Shown here: positions 31,387 through 41,484 of the stretch, piece after piece
How positions within the stretch are numbered: the stretch's first letter is position 1
How the letters are laid out: each line of letters begins with the position of its first letter
Source of the DNA: a phage
Length of the DNA stretch: 64,000 nt
Assembly (NCBI GenBank): GCA_012411765.1
Contig: GCA_012411765.1_3031.1
Reading direction: 5' to 3' (one strand)
Notes under the pieces: model-generated
The model's input: only the letters and a program-made list of their open reading frames with translations
Told to the model about the DNA's origin: nothing
Database searches by the model: none
Made by a program: the position numbers and the translations under genes

Positions 31387-31635
31387 TCAAATGCAAGTAG
31401 TAATTACTCCAGTAGTGCTTATGCAGGTATTACCCATTTGCACACCTAAAGATCCATTTGTATTCACATGAAGATTATCATCAATTTTAACTGATATTTT
31501 ACCATTAGTGTGAATAACGGTGCTAGATTCAATCACAGGTTGAGTATCATTTTCAACACTAACAAATGGAACTGCTGCTAATGCAACTAAACACACTGCT
31601 AAGCAACCATAAACAATTTTCATTTTATTCTCCAA
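31387..31635 (-). CDS. small secreted protein (82 aa)
   Basis: N-terminal signal peptide; preceded by promoter-leader cassette. Confidence 0.45.
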   Translation of the reverse strand: MENKMKIVYGCLAVCLVALAAVPFVSVENDTQPVIESSTVIHTNGKISVKIDDNLHVNTNGSLGVQMGNTCISTTGVITTCI

Positions 31636-31687
31636 ATCCGTATTAGTTGATAGTTGTATAGTACCACAGAGGAACAGTCTTGTAAAC
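31625..31687 (-). promoter_or_regulatory. repeated promoter-leader cassette (early promoter GTTTAC/-10 TACTAT plus conserved leader)
   Basis: Near-identical copies at about 3581..3644, 56885..56935, 58318..58380 and a diverged copy at 3073..3135. Confidence 0.55.
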
Positions 31688-31775
31688 AGTTTTGTGAAAA
31701 ATTTTTTAGGGAATTCTAAAGGTCCAGAATCATCTGTTTTTCATAAGTATAGATTTATATTACTTGTATGAAAAA

Positions 31776-31791
31776 GGGACCCGGAGGTCCC
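31776..31791 (-). terminator. hairpin GGGACC-CGGA-GGTCCC downstream of gene 43
   Basis: Inverted repeat read directly. Confidence 0.45.
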
Positions 31792-31804
31792 TAGATTTAT
31801 TCTA

Positions 31805-34501
31805 TCAGCCAAACAGGAAGTCTAACGAAGCTTTTTCTTCATAGTCCATACCAGCCGATTCACACATACCCGCAAGCGGTTTAACAAACGATTTTTGGAA
31901 CAAAGTTGAGTAGTCAATCCAAGACAGTACATCAGAACGAATTTCTTTTGGAAGTTCTGTGCCCGACGGCCAAGCAATGCACTTGTCACCAAATGGATTT
32001 CCTTCACGCAATGGAAGAACCATTACCTTATTTCCATCCAAAATTGGAGCTACACCCAGACCACTAACAGCTCGACGATAAGTTAGCACACCACGAATAT
32101 GGAACGGGCATTTAAATCCTGGCCAACCTTTATCATCATATTTCGCTATATCGTTCGCAGTTTTTACTTCAGCAATAACTTTATAATCAAGTTGACGATA
32201 TTCTTTCTCAAAGTTCTTGTAGTATTCTTGGACAGACTCTTCACCTTCCTGAAGAATACGACGAATACTTTCTTCGAGAGCTTCTTGCACTGCTTTTGGT
32301 GTTGAACTCTGCTGAGTTTCCATACCCATGATTTTTAGATGTGGTTCAGCAAATCGCTTATCTTCCATATCATAAACGTTCAGAGCATAACGCTTTTTCG
32401 CTTTCCAAAATCCACCAACGCCCTTTGAACCAAGTGGAGGGCAAGAAATAGCTTCACGGTCCATATGCATCAGATGCTCGCGGTTATTCATATAATCACA
32501 TAACTCACGATATGCAACATCAATCATAGGTTCCATCTTTTTCTTACCGAACTGATTCATGAATTCAACTAAATCATTTTGTTCTTTAAAGCGGTCAAGA
32601 CCAACTTTTTCAATAACTTTATCTACACAAACATATACCGAATCAGTATCACCTGCTGCAATGAAATCTTCACCATTAGTTCCGCATACTTTATTCAGAT
32701 ATTCATTAATTTTACGAGCAATCCACTGAATACCGACTTGACCAAAAATTGTGATAGCAGTAGCATTTCGCAAATCATAGTAACGGAAATGAATATTACC
32801 AAGAGCACCATAAAGACTGTTAATGAGAATTTTACGGTTCAGCTGATTTGTATTAGCAAGTGTAGCCGCTTTTTCACATTCTTCAATCAAACTATTGAGA
32901 ACAGATTCAGTATAATTCGATAGTTCATTTAAGAAATCATCACTGAACTTAACATATCGTTCAACTTCAGGTTTAGTTGAACAAGACCCTGCGCCTTTCA
33001 TAATAATCTTTTTAATAGCTTCGGCATTCATTTCTTCAGCGAACATTTTCTTTTTCCAATCTTTACGCTGGAAAAATACTTTAGCGATTTCCTTTGGAAT
33101 GATACCTTCTTGATGCTTATCATACATCCATCCATTCGGAGAACAAGAATATTCATCACTCGGTTTAGGAGCTGTTCCTGCGATATATTCATGAATTGGA
33201 TGAACTTTAAACTGCCCACGAATAGTCTCAGGACTAATGTTAACCTGACGAATAATGCTTGGATACAGAGACGTCAAGTCAAAACTCATAATATATCGAC
33301 GAGCAATTGGTTTAGGTTCAAATACAAATGCACCCGGAAAACTTTGTTTAACGTGCGAACCTTGTTGAGGAATAACCTTGTGTTCACCTTTCAATGAGTT
33401 AAAAATAATAGCATCCCAAGTTTTAATAGGACTCATTACACCGGAAAAAGGCATTTTAGCGTAATAAGACATACTTAAAACTAGATCGATAAACCCGCGA
33501 ATTTTATCAATTGCTTGAACTGATTCTACGTCAATGATGTTATAACTAATGTATCGTTGATGATTAGTCTCACGAAGTTTATTAATAGGACCGTCGTATG
33601 GTAATTTACCTTTTTTGGTTTCATGTTGAGCAACTGATTCCAAAGAGAATGACGGCAAATTAGTAAAAGCGAATTTCTTGTACAAATCTAAATAATCAAG
33701 AATAGATACGCCATCAATAGAATAAATTTCTTTGCTACCGTACATATTTTGAATTAGTTTAGATTTTACCCGACCGATTGGAGAGAAACGTTTCATACTA
33801 CGTTCGCCCAGAATCATTTTAACGCGATTCATGATATACGGAACGTCAAACCCCTCAATATTCCAACCAGTAAAAATAGCAGGTCGTTTCTGTTCCCAGA
33901 GATTGATATATTCCATGAGCATATCACGCTCATTATCGAATGGCATATAAATTACTCGGTCAAGAATTTCTTGAGGAACTTCATCACCACCTTCACAGTC
34001 AAGCTTAGCAGCTAACTTTGCATCCCATTTTGATACTGAACCGTACATTGAATTCAAAAGGTCGAAAACATAAAAACGGTCGTCAATTGAATCATAATGA
34101 GTGATAGCATCAATTTCATATTCTGCTTTCATTGGGTCAGGAAATTTATCACCAGTAACCTCAATGTCACAGTTAGCTACACGAACAAATTTTCGGTCAT
34201 AAACAATTTCTGAACCATATGTATCACTGATATAAGCGAGTTTAAAATCGTTCATACCGAGAGCTTCGAGACCGATGTCTTCCATTCGCTTCATCCAATC
34301 TCGAGCATCTTTCATTGATGGAAATTTTTGAGGAGCGCAGTTTTTACCATAGATGTCTTTGTATTTTGACTCTTCCTTACAATGCCTAAACATAGTCGGA
34401 AGATATTCTACTTCACGAGTACGTTCCTTTCCGTTTTCATCAATATAACGTTCAACAATGTTATTTCCGACTGTTTCAATAGAGATATAAAATTCTTTCA
34501 T
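31805..34501 (-). CDS. 43: DNA polymerase (family B)
   Basis: 898 aa; exonuclease and polymerase motifs (DTDS); matches recalled T4 gp43 length. Confidence 0.97.
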   Translation of the reverse strand: MKEFYISIETVGNNIVERYIDENGKERTREVEYLPTMFRHCKEESKYKDIYGKNCAPQKFPSMKDARDWMKRMEDIGLEALGMNDFKLAYISDTYGSEIVYDRKFVRVANCDIEVTGDKFPDPMKAEYEIDAITHYDSIDDRFYVFDLLNSMYGSVSKWDAKLAAKLDCEGGDEVPQEILDRVIYMPFDNERDMLMEYINLWEQKRPAIFTGWNIEGFDVPYIMNRVKMILGERSMKRFSPIGRVKSKLIQNMYGSKEIYSIDGVSILDYLDLYKKFAFTNLPSFSLESVAQHETKKGKLPYDGPINKLRETNHQRYISYNIIDVESVQAIDKIRGFIDLVLSMSYYAKMPFSGVMSPIKTWDAIIFNSLKGEHKVIPQQGSHVKQSFPGAFVFEPKPIARRYIMSFDLTSLYPSIIRQVNISPETIRGQFKVHPIHEYIAGTAPKPSDEYSCSPNGWMYDKHQEGIIPKEIAKVFFQRKDWKKKMFAEEMNAEAIKKIIMKGAGSCSTKPEVERYVKFSDDFLNELSNYTESVLNSLIEECEKAATLANTNQLNRKILINSLYGALGNIHFRYYDLRNATAITIFGQVGIQWIARKINEYLNKVCGTNGEDFIAAGDTDSVYVCVDKVIEKVGLDRFKEQNDLVEFMNQFGKKKMEPMIDVAYRELCDYMNNREHLMHMDREAISCPPLGSKGVGGFWKAKKRYALNVYDMEDKRFAEPHLKIMGMETQQSSTPKAVQEALEESIRRILQEGEESVQEYYKNFEKEYRQLDYKVIAEVKTANDIAKYDDKGWPGFKCPFHIRGVLTYRRAVSGLGVAPILDGNKVMVLPLREGNPFGDKCIAWPSGTELPKEIRSDVLSWIDYSTLFQKSFVKPLAGMCESAGMDYEEKASLDFLFG

Positions 34502-34560
34502 AGATATTCCTTAGTTTATAGCCCGAGTTATTAGGCTCTTGATATATTATACTCCAAATA

Positions 34561-34576
34561 AGGGGCCGAAGCCCCT
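34561..34576 (-). terminator. hairpin AGGGGC-CGAA-GCCCCT
   Basis: Inverted repeat read directly; between 85-aa ORF and gene 43. Confidence 0.45.
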
Positions 34577-34581
34577 TTGCT

Positions 34582-34839
34582 TTAAATTTCTATTGTACGA
34601 CGCGATATAACGGACTTGCCATCTTTATTTGCGGTTTTGATAATCGCATGAAATGCGCGTTGGTGCGGGTAAACTAATCGTTGGAATTCTTTTTGGAATT
34701 CTATTTGTTTATCTTCCGGGAGGTCAAAAACCAGTTGGGTAGAAGACAGACCATATGTTTGTTTTAGATTTTCGAATATTAGAAAAGCTTCGGTAAACTG
34801 AATCTCTGATTGTGTCATATAATTTGCCTTAATTACCAA
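34582..34839 (-). CDS. hypothetical protein (85 aa)
   Basis: ORF between regA and 43. Confidence 0.45.
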   Translation of the reverse strand: MVIKANYMTQSEIQFTEAFLIFENLKQTYGLSSTQLVFDLPEDKQIEFQKEFQRLVYPHQRAFHAIIKTANKDGKSVISRRTIEI

Positions 34840-35197
34840 TCGTATATTTAGGAACGAGTTTCCATTCGTGTTTTTGTTTAAAAGAAATAACTCGGAAGTT
34901 ATTAGTTAAATCTTTCATAAAAGTTCTTTGGCCAGGAACGATTTCAATCAATCCCCAATCTTCTAATAGCCATGCAATCGAATCACGACGAACTTCATCT
35001 TCTTCTGTCATTTCAACTTGGCGACCATCCATACGAAGCATTTCTTTAAAATGAACGATATAGTATAGTCCTTTTTTCTGAAGAATATGACAGGACTGAT
35101 ACAGAACTTTATCTTTATTATTAGCAATTCCCATACGAGTCAAAGTTTCTTTTACTTTCAGAAAATCTTCAGGTTTTTTAAGAGTAATTTCAATCAT
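34829..35197 (-). CDS. regA: RegA translational repressor
   Basis: 122 aa; synteny with 62/44/45. Confidence 0.85.
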   Translation of the reverse strand: MIEITLKKPEDFLKVKETLTRMGIANNKDKVLYQSCHILQKKGLYYIVHFKEMLRMDGRQVEMTEEDEVRRDSIAWLLEDWGLIEIVPGQRTFMKDLTNNFRVISFKQKHEWKLVPKYTIGN

Positions 35198-35198
35198 T

Positions 35199-35762
35199 TT
35201 ACCATTCCAATGCTAGTTTTTTGAGTTGTTTCTGTTCTTTTACGTTCTTAGTCACTTCTTTCAAAAAATCATCCGTGACTAAACCTTTTAGTTCTTTTAA
35301 TACTAAAGGTAGTTTTCCATTTTTAGTAAGAATTGATTTATAGTTAATTGCATCATTTGTATTAACTTGATACCGCTTAGCAAGTAACTTAATAATCAAT
35401 ACTTCGGTGGAATCTTCAACTAGTTTTGCCCATTTACCGTATCTTTTACCACGAGGAACTGCAGCCATTAGATAATTAAAATGAGCTTCATCACTTAAGC
35501 CTGATCCAATTAAATTCATAGCATATACAGCTGGCATGCACTCTGGAAATTGTGATAATGCATTTTCAACCATGAATTTTGAATAATCTTTTTGAGCAAT
35601 AGAGCATTTAGTTTTATTATTAATAGCTCCAATTATTTCAAAAAATTCATTTTCAGCTTTTTCTTTAAAAGTATCAGCAGCAGATTGGACAGCTGTCCAA
35701 TCTTTAGAATACCAAGCAACTTGATGCTCGTTTAATTGAATATCATCTTCAAATAAGCTCAT
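35199..35762 (-). CDS. 62: clamp loader small subunit
   Basis: 187 aa; synteny. Confidence 0.85.
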   Translation of the reverse strand: MSLFEDDIQLNEHQVAWYSKDWTAVQSAADTFKEKAENEFFEIIGAINNKTKCSIAQKDYSKFMVENALSQFPECMPAVYAMNLIGSGLSDEAHFNYLMAAVPRGKRYGKWAKLVEDSTEVLIIKLLAKRYQVNTNDAINYKSILTKNGKLPLVLKELKGLVTDDFLKEVTKNVKEQKQLKKLALEW

Positions 35763-35763
35763 A

Positions 35764-36723
35764 TCACTTCCACTGCATTTCGCATGCTAATTGAATGAAA
35801 AGATAAACTAAATGTAATTCAGTGTTAGCTGCAATTCCATGATACTGATTATTTTCACCAACAATTTCGTACATACGAATAATACTTTGTGGAGTTACAC
35901 GTGAATAGATTTCTTCGGCAAGTTTACCCACGAACCACGAATAATCGGCTGCATATTTTGGTGCTAAAGCTCTGAGTTGTTTAACATCTTTATTTTTGAG
36001 AGACTCAAGAACATCATCAATAGCACCACGATCGTTAGTAACCAGTGATAAAATACCAGCATCCAAAACACCTTTAGATGAATAACTATCGAGCTCGCCA
36101 ATAGTTTTACGAAAATCAGGAAAATTCTTTTTAACCAAAGCTGCTACAACTTTCATATCAGCTATAGCAATACCTTCATGTTTACAGATTTCAGTCAATC
36201 GACGAATCATCTGCTTCATCATTTCAATTTTATCTTCATCGGTCGGTTGACCGAATGTAATAACTCGACAGCGTGACTGAAGTGGTTTAATAATACCATC
36301 AATATTGTTAGCAGTAATAATAATACTACAGTTTGAACTATAAGCTTCCATAAAGGAACGAAGATGTCGCTGAGACTCTGCTAACCCTGAGCGGTCAAAT
36401 TCATCAATAACGATTACTTTTTGACGACCATCAAATGAAGCGGCGCTGGCAAAATTAGTCAAAGGACCACGAACGAAATCAATTTTACAATCTGATCCAT
36501 TCACAAACATCATATCAGCATTTACATCATGACACAATGCTTTTGCTACAGTTGTTTTACCTGTTCCTGGAGAAGGAGAATGAAGAATAATATGTGGAAT
36601 CTTACCTTTACTTGTAATAGATTTAAAGGTTTCTTTATCAAAGGCGGGAAGAATACATTCATCGATAGTAGATGGACGATATTTCTGTTCAAGAATGTGT
36701 TCTTTTTCATTTACGGTAATCAT
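35764..36723 (-). CDS. 44: clamp loader AAA+ ATPase subunit
   Basis: Walker A GTGKTT; likely start MITVNEKEH gives 319 aa. Confidence 0.95.
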   Translation of the reverse strand: MITVNEKEHILEQKYRPSTIDECILPAFDKETFKSITSKGKIPHIILHSPSPGTGKTTVAKALCHDVNADMMFVNGSDCKIDFVRGPLTNFASAASFDGRQKVIVIDEFDRSGLAESQRHLRSFMEAYSSNCSIIITANNIDGIIKPLQSRCRVITFGQPTDEDKIEMMKQMIRRLTEICKHEGIAIADMKVVAALVKKNFPDFRKTIGELDSYSSKGVLDAGILSLVTNDRGAIDDVLESLKNKDVKQLRALAPKYAADYSWFVGKLAEEIYSRVTPQSIIRMYEIVGENNQYHGIAANTELHLVYLFIQLACEMQWK

Positions 36724-36756
36724 AATTTCCTCATTCAAGTTTTAGTGTAAATTATA

Positions 36757-36774
36757 AAGGGCCGAAGCCCTTTA
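36757..36774 (-). terminator. hairpin AAAGGGC-CGAA-GCCCTTT
   Basis: Inverted repeat between genes 44 and 45. Confidence 0.5.
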
Positions 36775-37461
36775 TTAAAAATCGTGGGTAGAATCAGCTT
36801 CAAGAGCTACTACATAATTCGCGTGTTCACCTTCAAATTTAGCAGCGCCTTGTTTACCTTTTGCCCAGAGCAGAAGTTTATAATTTCCTGGTTGCATTTT
36901 CATATTTGCCATATTGATAATGAAATTAAATGTATTTTCACCATCATAATCACCAAGAGTCAAAGAATATTTAACACGGGTCAGAGCAGAATCTTCTACT
37001 TTATTAAAACCGTTAATTACGATTTTACCTTCTTTTACCGTGATAGCAATTGTATCAATTTGCAGACCACGAGATACACGCAACAGTTGTTGAAGGTCTT
37101 CAGCTTTAATTTCAGTAACAACAGATGCTACCGGGAATGGAATTGGTTTATTAGGAGCAACTACTGTACTCGGATCAGCTGCTGGCCAAAAAATTGTTGA
37201 ACGAGCATCAGCAATTTTAATATTTCCATCTTCTGACTGGGAAATTTCTGCATCATCATTAACTAGAGACAGAATACCGAGAAAACCGTTCAAATCGTAA
37301 ATTGCTACATCAAAATCAATAACGTCAGAAATATTTGCTTCCGCATAAGTTGTACCATTAACTGCGCGAGTCATAATAAATTGACCGGATTTAAGCATAA
37401 TACCAGAGTTAATAGTAGCGAAATTTTTAAGCAGAGCAGTAGTATCTTTAGACAGTTTCAT
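36775..37461 (-). CDS. 45: sliding clamp
   Basis: 228 aa; synteny. Confidence 0.85.
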   Translation of the reverse strand: MKLSKDTTALLKNFATINSGIMLKSGQFIMTRAVNGTTYAEANISDVIDFDVAIYDLNGFLGILSLVNDDAEISQSEDGNIKIADARSTIFWPAADPSTVVAPNKPIPFPVASVVTEIKAEDLQQLLRVSRGLQIDTIAITVKEGKIVINGFNKVEDSALTRVKYSLTLGDYDGENTFNFIINMANMKMQPGNYKLLLWAKGKQGAAKFEGEHANYVVALEADSTHDF

Positions 37462-37490
37462 GTAATTTCCTTCAATTCAAATGAGATTTA

Positions 37491-37514
37491 ATTTTATAAC
37501 TAATTTAATAAAGC
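37491..37514 (-). promoter_or_regulatory. middle promoter (MotA box TGCTTTA, 11-bp spacer, -10 TAAAAT)
   Basis: Read on minus strand immediately upstream of gene 45. Confidence 0.45.
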
Positions 37515-37516
37515 AA

Positions 37517-37906
37517 TTAACGATTAAAATCAGCCGCAATTGTTTCCGCAACAATTTGAGCAGCAACAATTAGACGTTCATCTGCATTACCGCAATAATC
37601 ATCTTCAAGGCGTTCACCACATGAAGTCATAATAAATTTAGCACCGGCGTTTAGGGATTCTGCAGTATGTTTGCGCATTAGTTCAATCCATTTATTACTT
37701 ACTTCACGATCGATAGCTTCATAATACGCATGACGAGCAGGTGCAGATTTAATTTTGTTCTGAATAACTTCCATTGCGTTATCAGAAAGAGACAAAACCC
37801 ATGCTCGACGAATTTTATTTTGGTTTTGTGGATTTGATTCAGAACGCACGTGTTTTGGCTGAATATCTTTTACATCAACAGTATAATTCACAGTAATTTT
37901 AGTCAT
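37517..37906 (-). CDS. rpbA: RNA polymerase binding protein RpbA
   Basis: 129 aa; position upstream of gene 45. Confidence 0.55.
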   Translation of the reverse strand: MTKITVNYTVDVKDIQPKHVRSESNPQNQNKIRRAWVLSLSDNAMEVIQNKIKSAPARHAYYEAIDREVSNKWIELMRKHTAESLNAGAKFIMTSCGERLEDDYCGNADERLIVAAQIVAETIAADFNR

Positions 37907-37915
37907 AATACACCT

Positions 37916-38104
37916 TTAGTCATAATAATCAGTAACAGTCCAAGCTTCATTTCTATTGGACATTATTTTTGTATATTCTGCTTTAAATGCATTCCTAAGC
38001 ATAGATTCAGTAACTATATGCTCTTCATTAGAAAAATTATTTCTCAGAATATATCGTTTTATTTCAGGAATAGTTAATAGATGCTGTCCAGTTGAATATT
38101 CCAT
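37916..38104 (-). CDS. hypothetical protein (62 aa)
   Basis: ORF in array. Confidence 0.35.
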   Translation of the reverse strand: MEYSTGQHLLTIPEIKRYILRNNFSNEEHIVTESMLRNAFKAEYTKIMSNRNEAWTVTDYYD

Positions 38105-38159
38105 GTTTTTCCTCCATAGAGATTATACTCTAATAAATTAAAGCATAATCTCTTATAAA

Positions 38160-39842
38160 TTAAACCATTACAGTAAATCGACCAACTTTCTTCATTTGAA
38201 GATGCTGACCGTATGCTTGTGGGTCATGGTCTCTATGCGAAATAACAAAAACGTTAGTATTTTTTAAACTATCTAAAATAGTTGAAATAGCTTTTACACC
38301 TTCAACGTCGGTCGCTGAATCAAAAACTTCATCAAGAATTAGTGTGTTTATTTTAACACCTGAAACTTTTTCAGCAATATCACGCCAAGTAAATAAAAGA
38401 GCAATATCAATTCGTGCTTTTTCACCTTGACTGAATGAAGCATAACTAAAATCTTCACGACCACGGGATTTAATTGTCTCATTAAATTCTTCATCTAATG
38501 TAAACACATAATCCGCTTCCATTATTTTAAGATAATGGTTAATCTGCTTATTAAATAATGGAATGTACTTTTTAATAATAGCGCCTTTAATACCAGAATC
38601 TTTGAGCATATCAGTCAAAATTCCTCGGTGGTATTTTTCCATTACTAAATTAGTTTTTGTCTTAACAATTTTATCAAGTTCTTCTTGAAGCAGTGCTATT
38701 TCATCAGCATGGTCAATAAACTCAGAAGATGCTTTTTCTATAGCCGCTTTAACTTTTTTAGCTTTATCTACCGTCGTGATTAGAGATTGCTTTTTATTGC
38801 GAATATCATTTGCCAACGACTGTTGGGTTTTAATATTATCTCGGTATTCATCGACAAGAACTTTTAAATTATCACGGTGTATTGAAAGCTGTTCAAACGA
38901 ATGCGTACATTCAGAAACTTTATCTTTAATTTTAGAAACAACTTTATCACCGGAACTCAATTGTGACAAACAGGTTGGACATAATCCACCTTCGTGATAC
39001 ATATTAATGACTTTATTATACGAGTCAATTTTTGATTTAATTAAAACTGCTTCTTGACCGATTTTATTAAATGCATCAGTCGGGTCTTCGTCTAAAACAA
39101 TATTAACTAATCTTTCATTAGCTTCTTCTATTTCCGATTTTAGCGTTCTAGCTTCTTTTGCCAAATCATCATACATATTTTGCAGACGAGTAAGATTGTC
39201 ACCCGTTAATTTTTTCTGGCGTTCAACGTTATCATTATATATTTTAATTTGTTGGATAATACTATCTTTTTTAACATCAAGCACTTGGTTCTGCGAATTT
39301 AATTCACGTATTAGTGCTTTATTAAGCTTATCCATTTCAGCTAATGTTCCTACCTCAAGCAGGTCTTCCACAAGCTTTCTTCGCGCAGGGGTCGACAAAC
39401 CCATGAAAGGGGTATACCCTGCTGTACCAAGGACAACAATCTGCTTGAAACTGGCATATGACATTCCGATAAGCTGTTCAAATTCTGCTTGGAAATCTTT
39501 ACTGCTGGCAGATTCATTAAGACGTGTACCGTTAACGGTGATTTCGAAAACGTTTGGTTTTTGCCCTCTTTTGATATAGTACTTTTTCTCATCATATTCC
39601 ATCCACAGTTCAACTAAAAGTTCTTTCTTATTTGTGCTGTTTATTAATTGACCTTTCTTTACATCGCGAAATGGCTTGCCAAAAAGCCCAAATGTGATGG
39701 CTTCTAACATAGTAGACTTACCACCGCCATTTCGTCCAGTAATAAGAGTTTTTTGAACCTTATCTAATTGAATGTCAATAGGATTTCCACCTACTGACAT
39801 TATATTTTGATACCTAACTCGGTTTAGTTTAAAATTCTTCAC
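38160..39842 (-). CDS. 46: recombination endonuclease subunit (Rad50/SbcC-like ATPase)
   Basis: 560 aa; Walker A GRNGGGKST, long coiled coil, CPTC zinc hook, Walker B. Confidence 0.9.
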   Translation of the reverse strand: MKNFKLNRVRYQNIMSVGGNPIDIQLDKVQKTLITGRNGGGKSTMLEAITFGLFGKPFRDVKKGQLINSTNKKELLVELWMEYDEKKYYIKRGQKPNVFEITVNGTRLNESASSKDFQAEFEQLIGMSYASFKQIVVLGTAGYTPFMGLSTPARRKLVEDLLEVGTLAEMDKLNKALIRELNSQNQVLDVKKDSIIQQIKIYNDNVERQKKLTGDNLTRLQNMYDDLAKEARTLKSEIEEANERLVNIVLDEDPTDAFNKIGQEAVLIKSKIDSYNKVINMYHEGGLCPTCLSQLSSGDKVVSKIKDKVSECTHSFEQLSIHRDNLKVLVDEYRDNIKTQQSLANDIRNKKQSLITTVDKAKKVKAAIEKASSEFIDHADEIALLQEELDKIVKTKTNLVMEKYHRGILTDMLKDSGIKGAIIKKYIPLFNKQINHYLKIMEADYVFTLDEEFNETIKSRGREDFSYASFSQGEKARIDIALLFTWRDIAEKVSGVKINTLILDEVFDSATDVEGVKAISTILDSLKNTNVFVISHRDHDPQAYGQHLQMKKVGRFTVMV

Positions 39843-40102
39843 AAAAGATTCCTTTTAATGTATCTTTTAGACCATTCTATCATATCATCATAATCTAAAA
39901 AGTATTCATCAAATTCAGCCATGCAAACAACACCTTGTGCTGCTTTTGATGTGATATAAATTATTCCAACATATCTAGAATCTTCTTCGGTATAATCAAT
40001 GTTTGCTATGAATTCATCATTAATGTCAAATGTCGAAAACTTCACAATACGCATCCTTAATACAAGATACGGCCATATCTCGCAATGATTTAGGTGTGTC
40101 AT
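39839..40102 (-). CDS. hypothetical protein (87 aa)
   Basis: ORF between 47 and 46. Confidence 0.35.
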   Translation of the reverse strand: MTHLNHCEIWPYLVLRMRIVKFSTFDINDEFIANIDYTEEDSRYVGIIYITSKAAQGVVCMAEFDEYFLDYDDMIEWSKRYIKRNLL

Positions 40103-40289
40103 TATCTAAAATGTTGAAGTTAAAAGATACAGCCCAATCTGTACAGACCGTAACTTTTTTAATACAATTATCTTCAACTTCTAGCGGTTCAAACCAATAT
40201 TCAATAATTTCTTTATGCCCAATATCATCTTTTACTTCGCATTCAAAATGCTGACTCATCATAACATTTTTAAATTCATCAAAAGTCAT
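40026..40289 (-). CDS. hypothetical protein (87 aa)
   Basis: ORF between 47 and 46, overlaps neighbour in another frame. Confidence 0.35.
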   Translation of the reverse strand: MTFDEFKNVMMSQHFECEVKDDIGHKEIIEYWFEPLEVEDNCIKKVTVCTDWAVSFNFNILDNDTPKSLRDMAVSCIKDAYCEVFDI

Positions 40290-41305
40290 TGTGTTGCCTC
40301 TACATATAACTGATTTGCATATTGAATAAGTGCTTCACGGTCAGAATCAGTGATGTCTGGAATTGCATTAATGTATTCTTCCATCAATGTCTGAAGCGAT
40401 TGAACTTCAACTTCTTCACTGTCATCTGACTCGACAGAGTTATCAATCTTTGACACAACTCGTAATGAATGCACAACTTTTTCTAGTTCAGATTCGAACT
40501 TCGTCAGATTTTTGTCTACTTCAGTTACTATAACACGTACTGATAGATTTGTAAAATCTTTATAGTCAATTTTTCCTTTAAACGGATAATGAATTCTACG
40601 ATGCCAGGTAGTATTGTTTGGAATAAATTCCATTCGTTCTGTTTCTGTATCAAACATCCAGAACCCGCGAGGGTCATTCTCGTCACCTGCAGTTAGTGTC
40701 CATGGTGTCCCAATATATCTGACGTTAGCAGCCTCAGAGATAGTATGGAAGTGACCAGACCACACTTCTTTATAAGTCTTAAGGAAATCAGGTTCAAGAC
40801 CGTGAGATTTCATTCCTTTATAAAAATAAAATCCATTCAGTTCCCAGTGACCAACACAAAAAGAAGCAGATGAAGTTTTGATGTGTTCAAGAATTTCACC
40901 AGTATTTTCTTCGCACATCCAAGGAATCAAATCAATCAAACACCCGTCAAAATCTACCGTAGTAGGCTTATCATATACTTTAACATTAGGATATTTAGCC
41001 AAAAGCTCAGTAGAGGCATTTGGAGTTAAAGTATTTTTAAAGTGCATATCATGGTTTCCTACAACAGTATGTAGGGTAATACCAGCATCATCAAGCATTT
41101 GAACTATTTCACGAGCGAACTCCATAGTTTTATGCGTGATTGCTTTTCGCACATCAAAAATATCGCCGTATTGAATCCATGTAGTAATTCCATTTTTCTT
41201 AGAATATTCTATCGCTTGCTTAATTCCATCCAACTGAATGGATTGAACCCACTCATCATCGGCTTTAACGCCTAAATGCCAATCACCTAAATTTAAAATT
41301 TTCAT
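40286..41305 (-). CDS. 47: recombination endonuclease subunit (Mre11/SbcD-like phosphoesterase)
   Basis: 339 aa; metallophosphatase motifs (GDWHLG, GNHD). Confidence 0.9.
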   Translation of the reverse strand: MKILNLGDWHLGVKADDEWVQSIQLDGIKQAIEYSKKNGITTWIQYGDIFDVRKAITHKTMEFAREIVQMLDDAGITLHTVVGNHDMHFKNTLTPNASTELLAKYPNVKVYDKPTTVDFDGCLIDLIPWMCEENTGEILEHIKTSSASFCVGHWELNGFYFYKGMKSHGLEPDFLKTYKEVWSGHFHTISEAANVRYIGTPWTLTAGDENDPRGFWMFDTETERMEFIPNNTTWHRRIHYPFKGKIDYKDFTNLSVRVIVTEVDKNLTKFESELEKVVHSLRVVSKIDNSVESDDSEEVEVQSLQTLMEEYINAIPDITDSDREALIQYANQLYVEATQ

Positions 41306-41442
41306 ATATCAAGAACCGTCATTGAAATGCAAAATAAAATTATTGAAATAAATCCATCTGGAGTGCTAAAGAACCCAATCCAACATGCTCTAGCAAATAG
41401 ATAAAATGCAAGAAAAAGTATCACATATCCAAGAAATATCAT
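41302..41442 (-). CDS. small membrane micro-ORF (46 aa) translationally coupled to gene 47 (ATGA)
   Basis: Hand translation MIFLGYVILFLAFYLFARACWIGFF... Confidence 0.3.
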   Translation of the reverse strand: MIFLGYVILFLAFYLFARACWIGFFSTPDGFISIILFCISMTVLDI

Positions 41443-41466
41443 TATATCAAACTCCGTATAAAGCTA

Positions 41467-41484
41467 AAGGGCCGAAGCCCTTTA
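41467..41484 (-). terminator. hairpin AAAGGGC-CGAA-GCCCTTT
   Basis: Inverted repeat at 3' end of agt. Confidence 0.5.
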
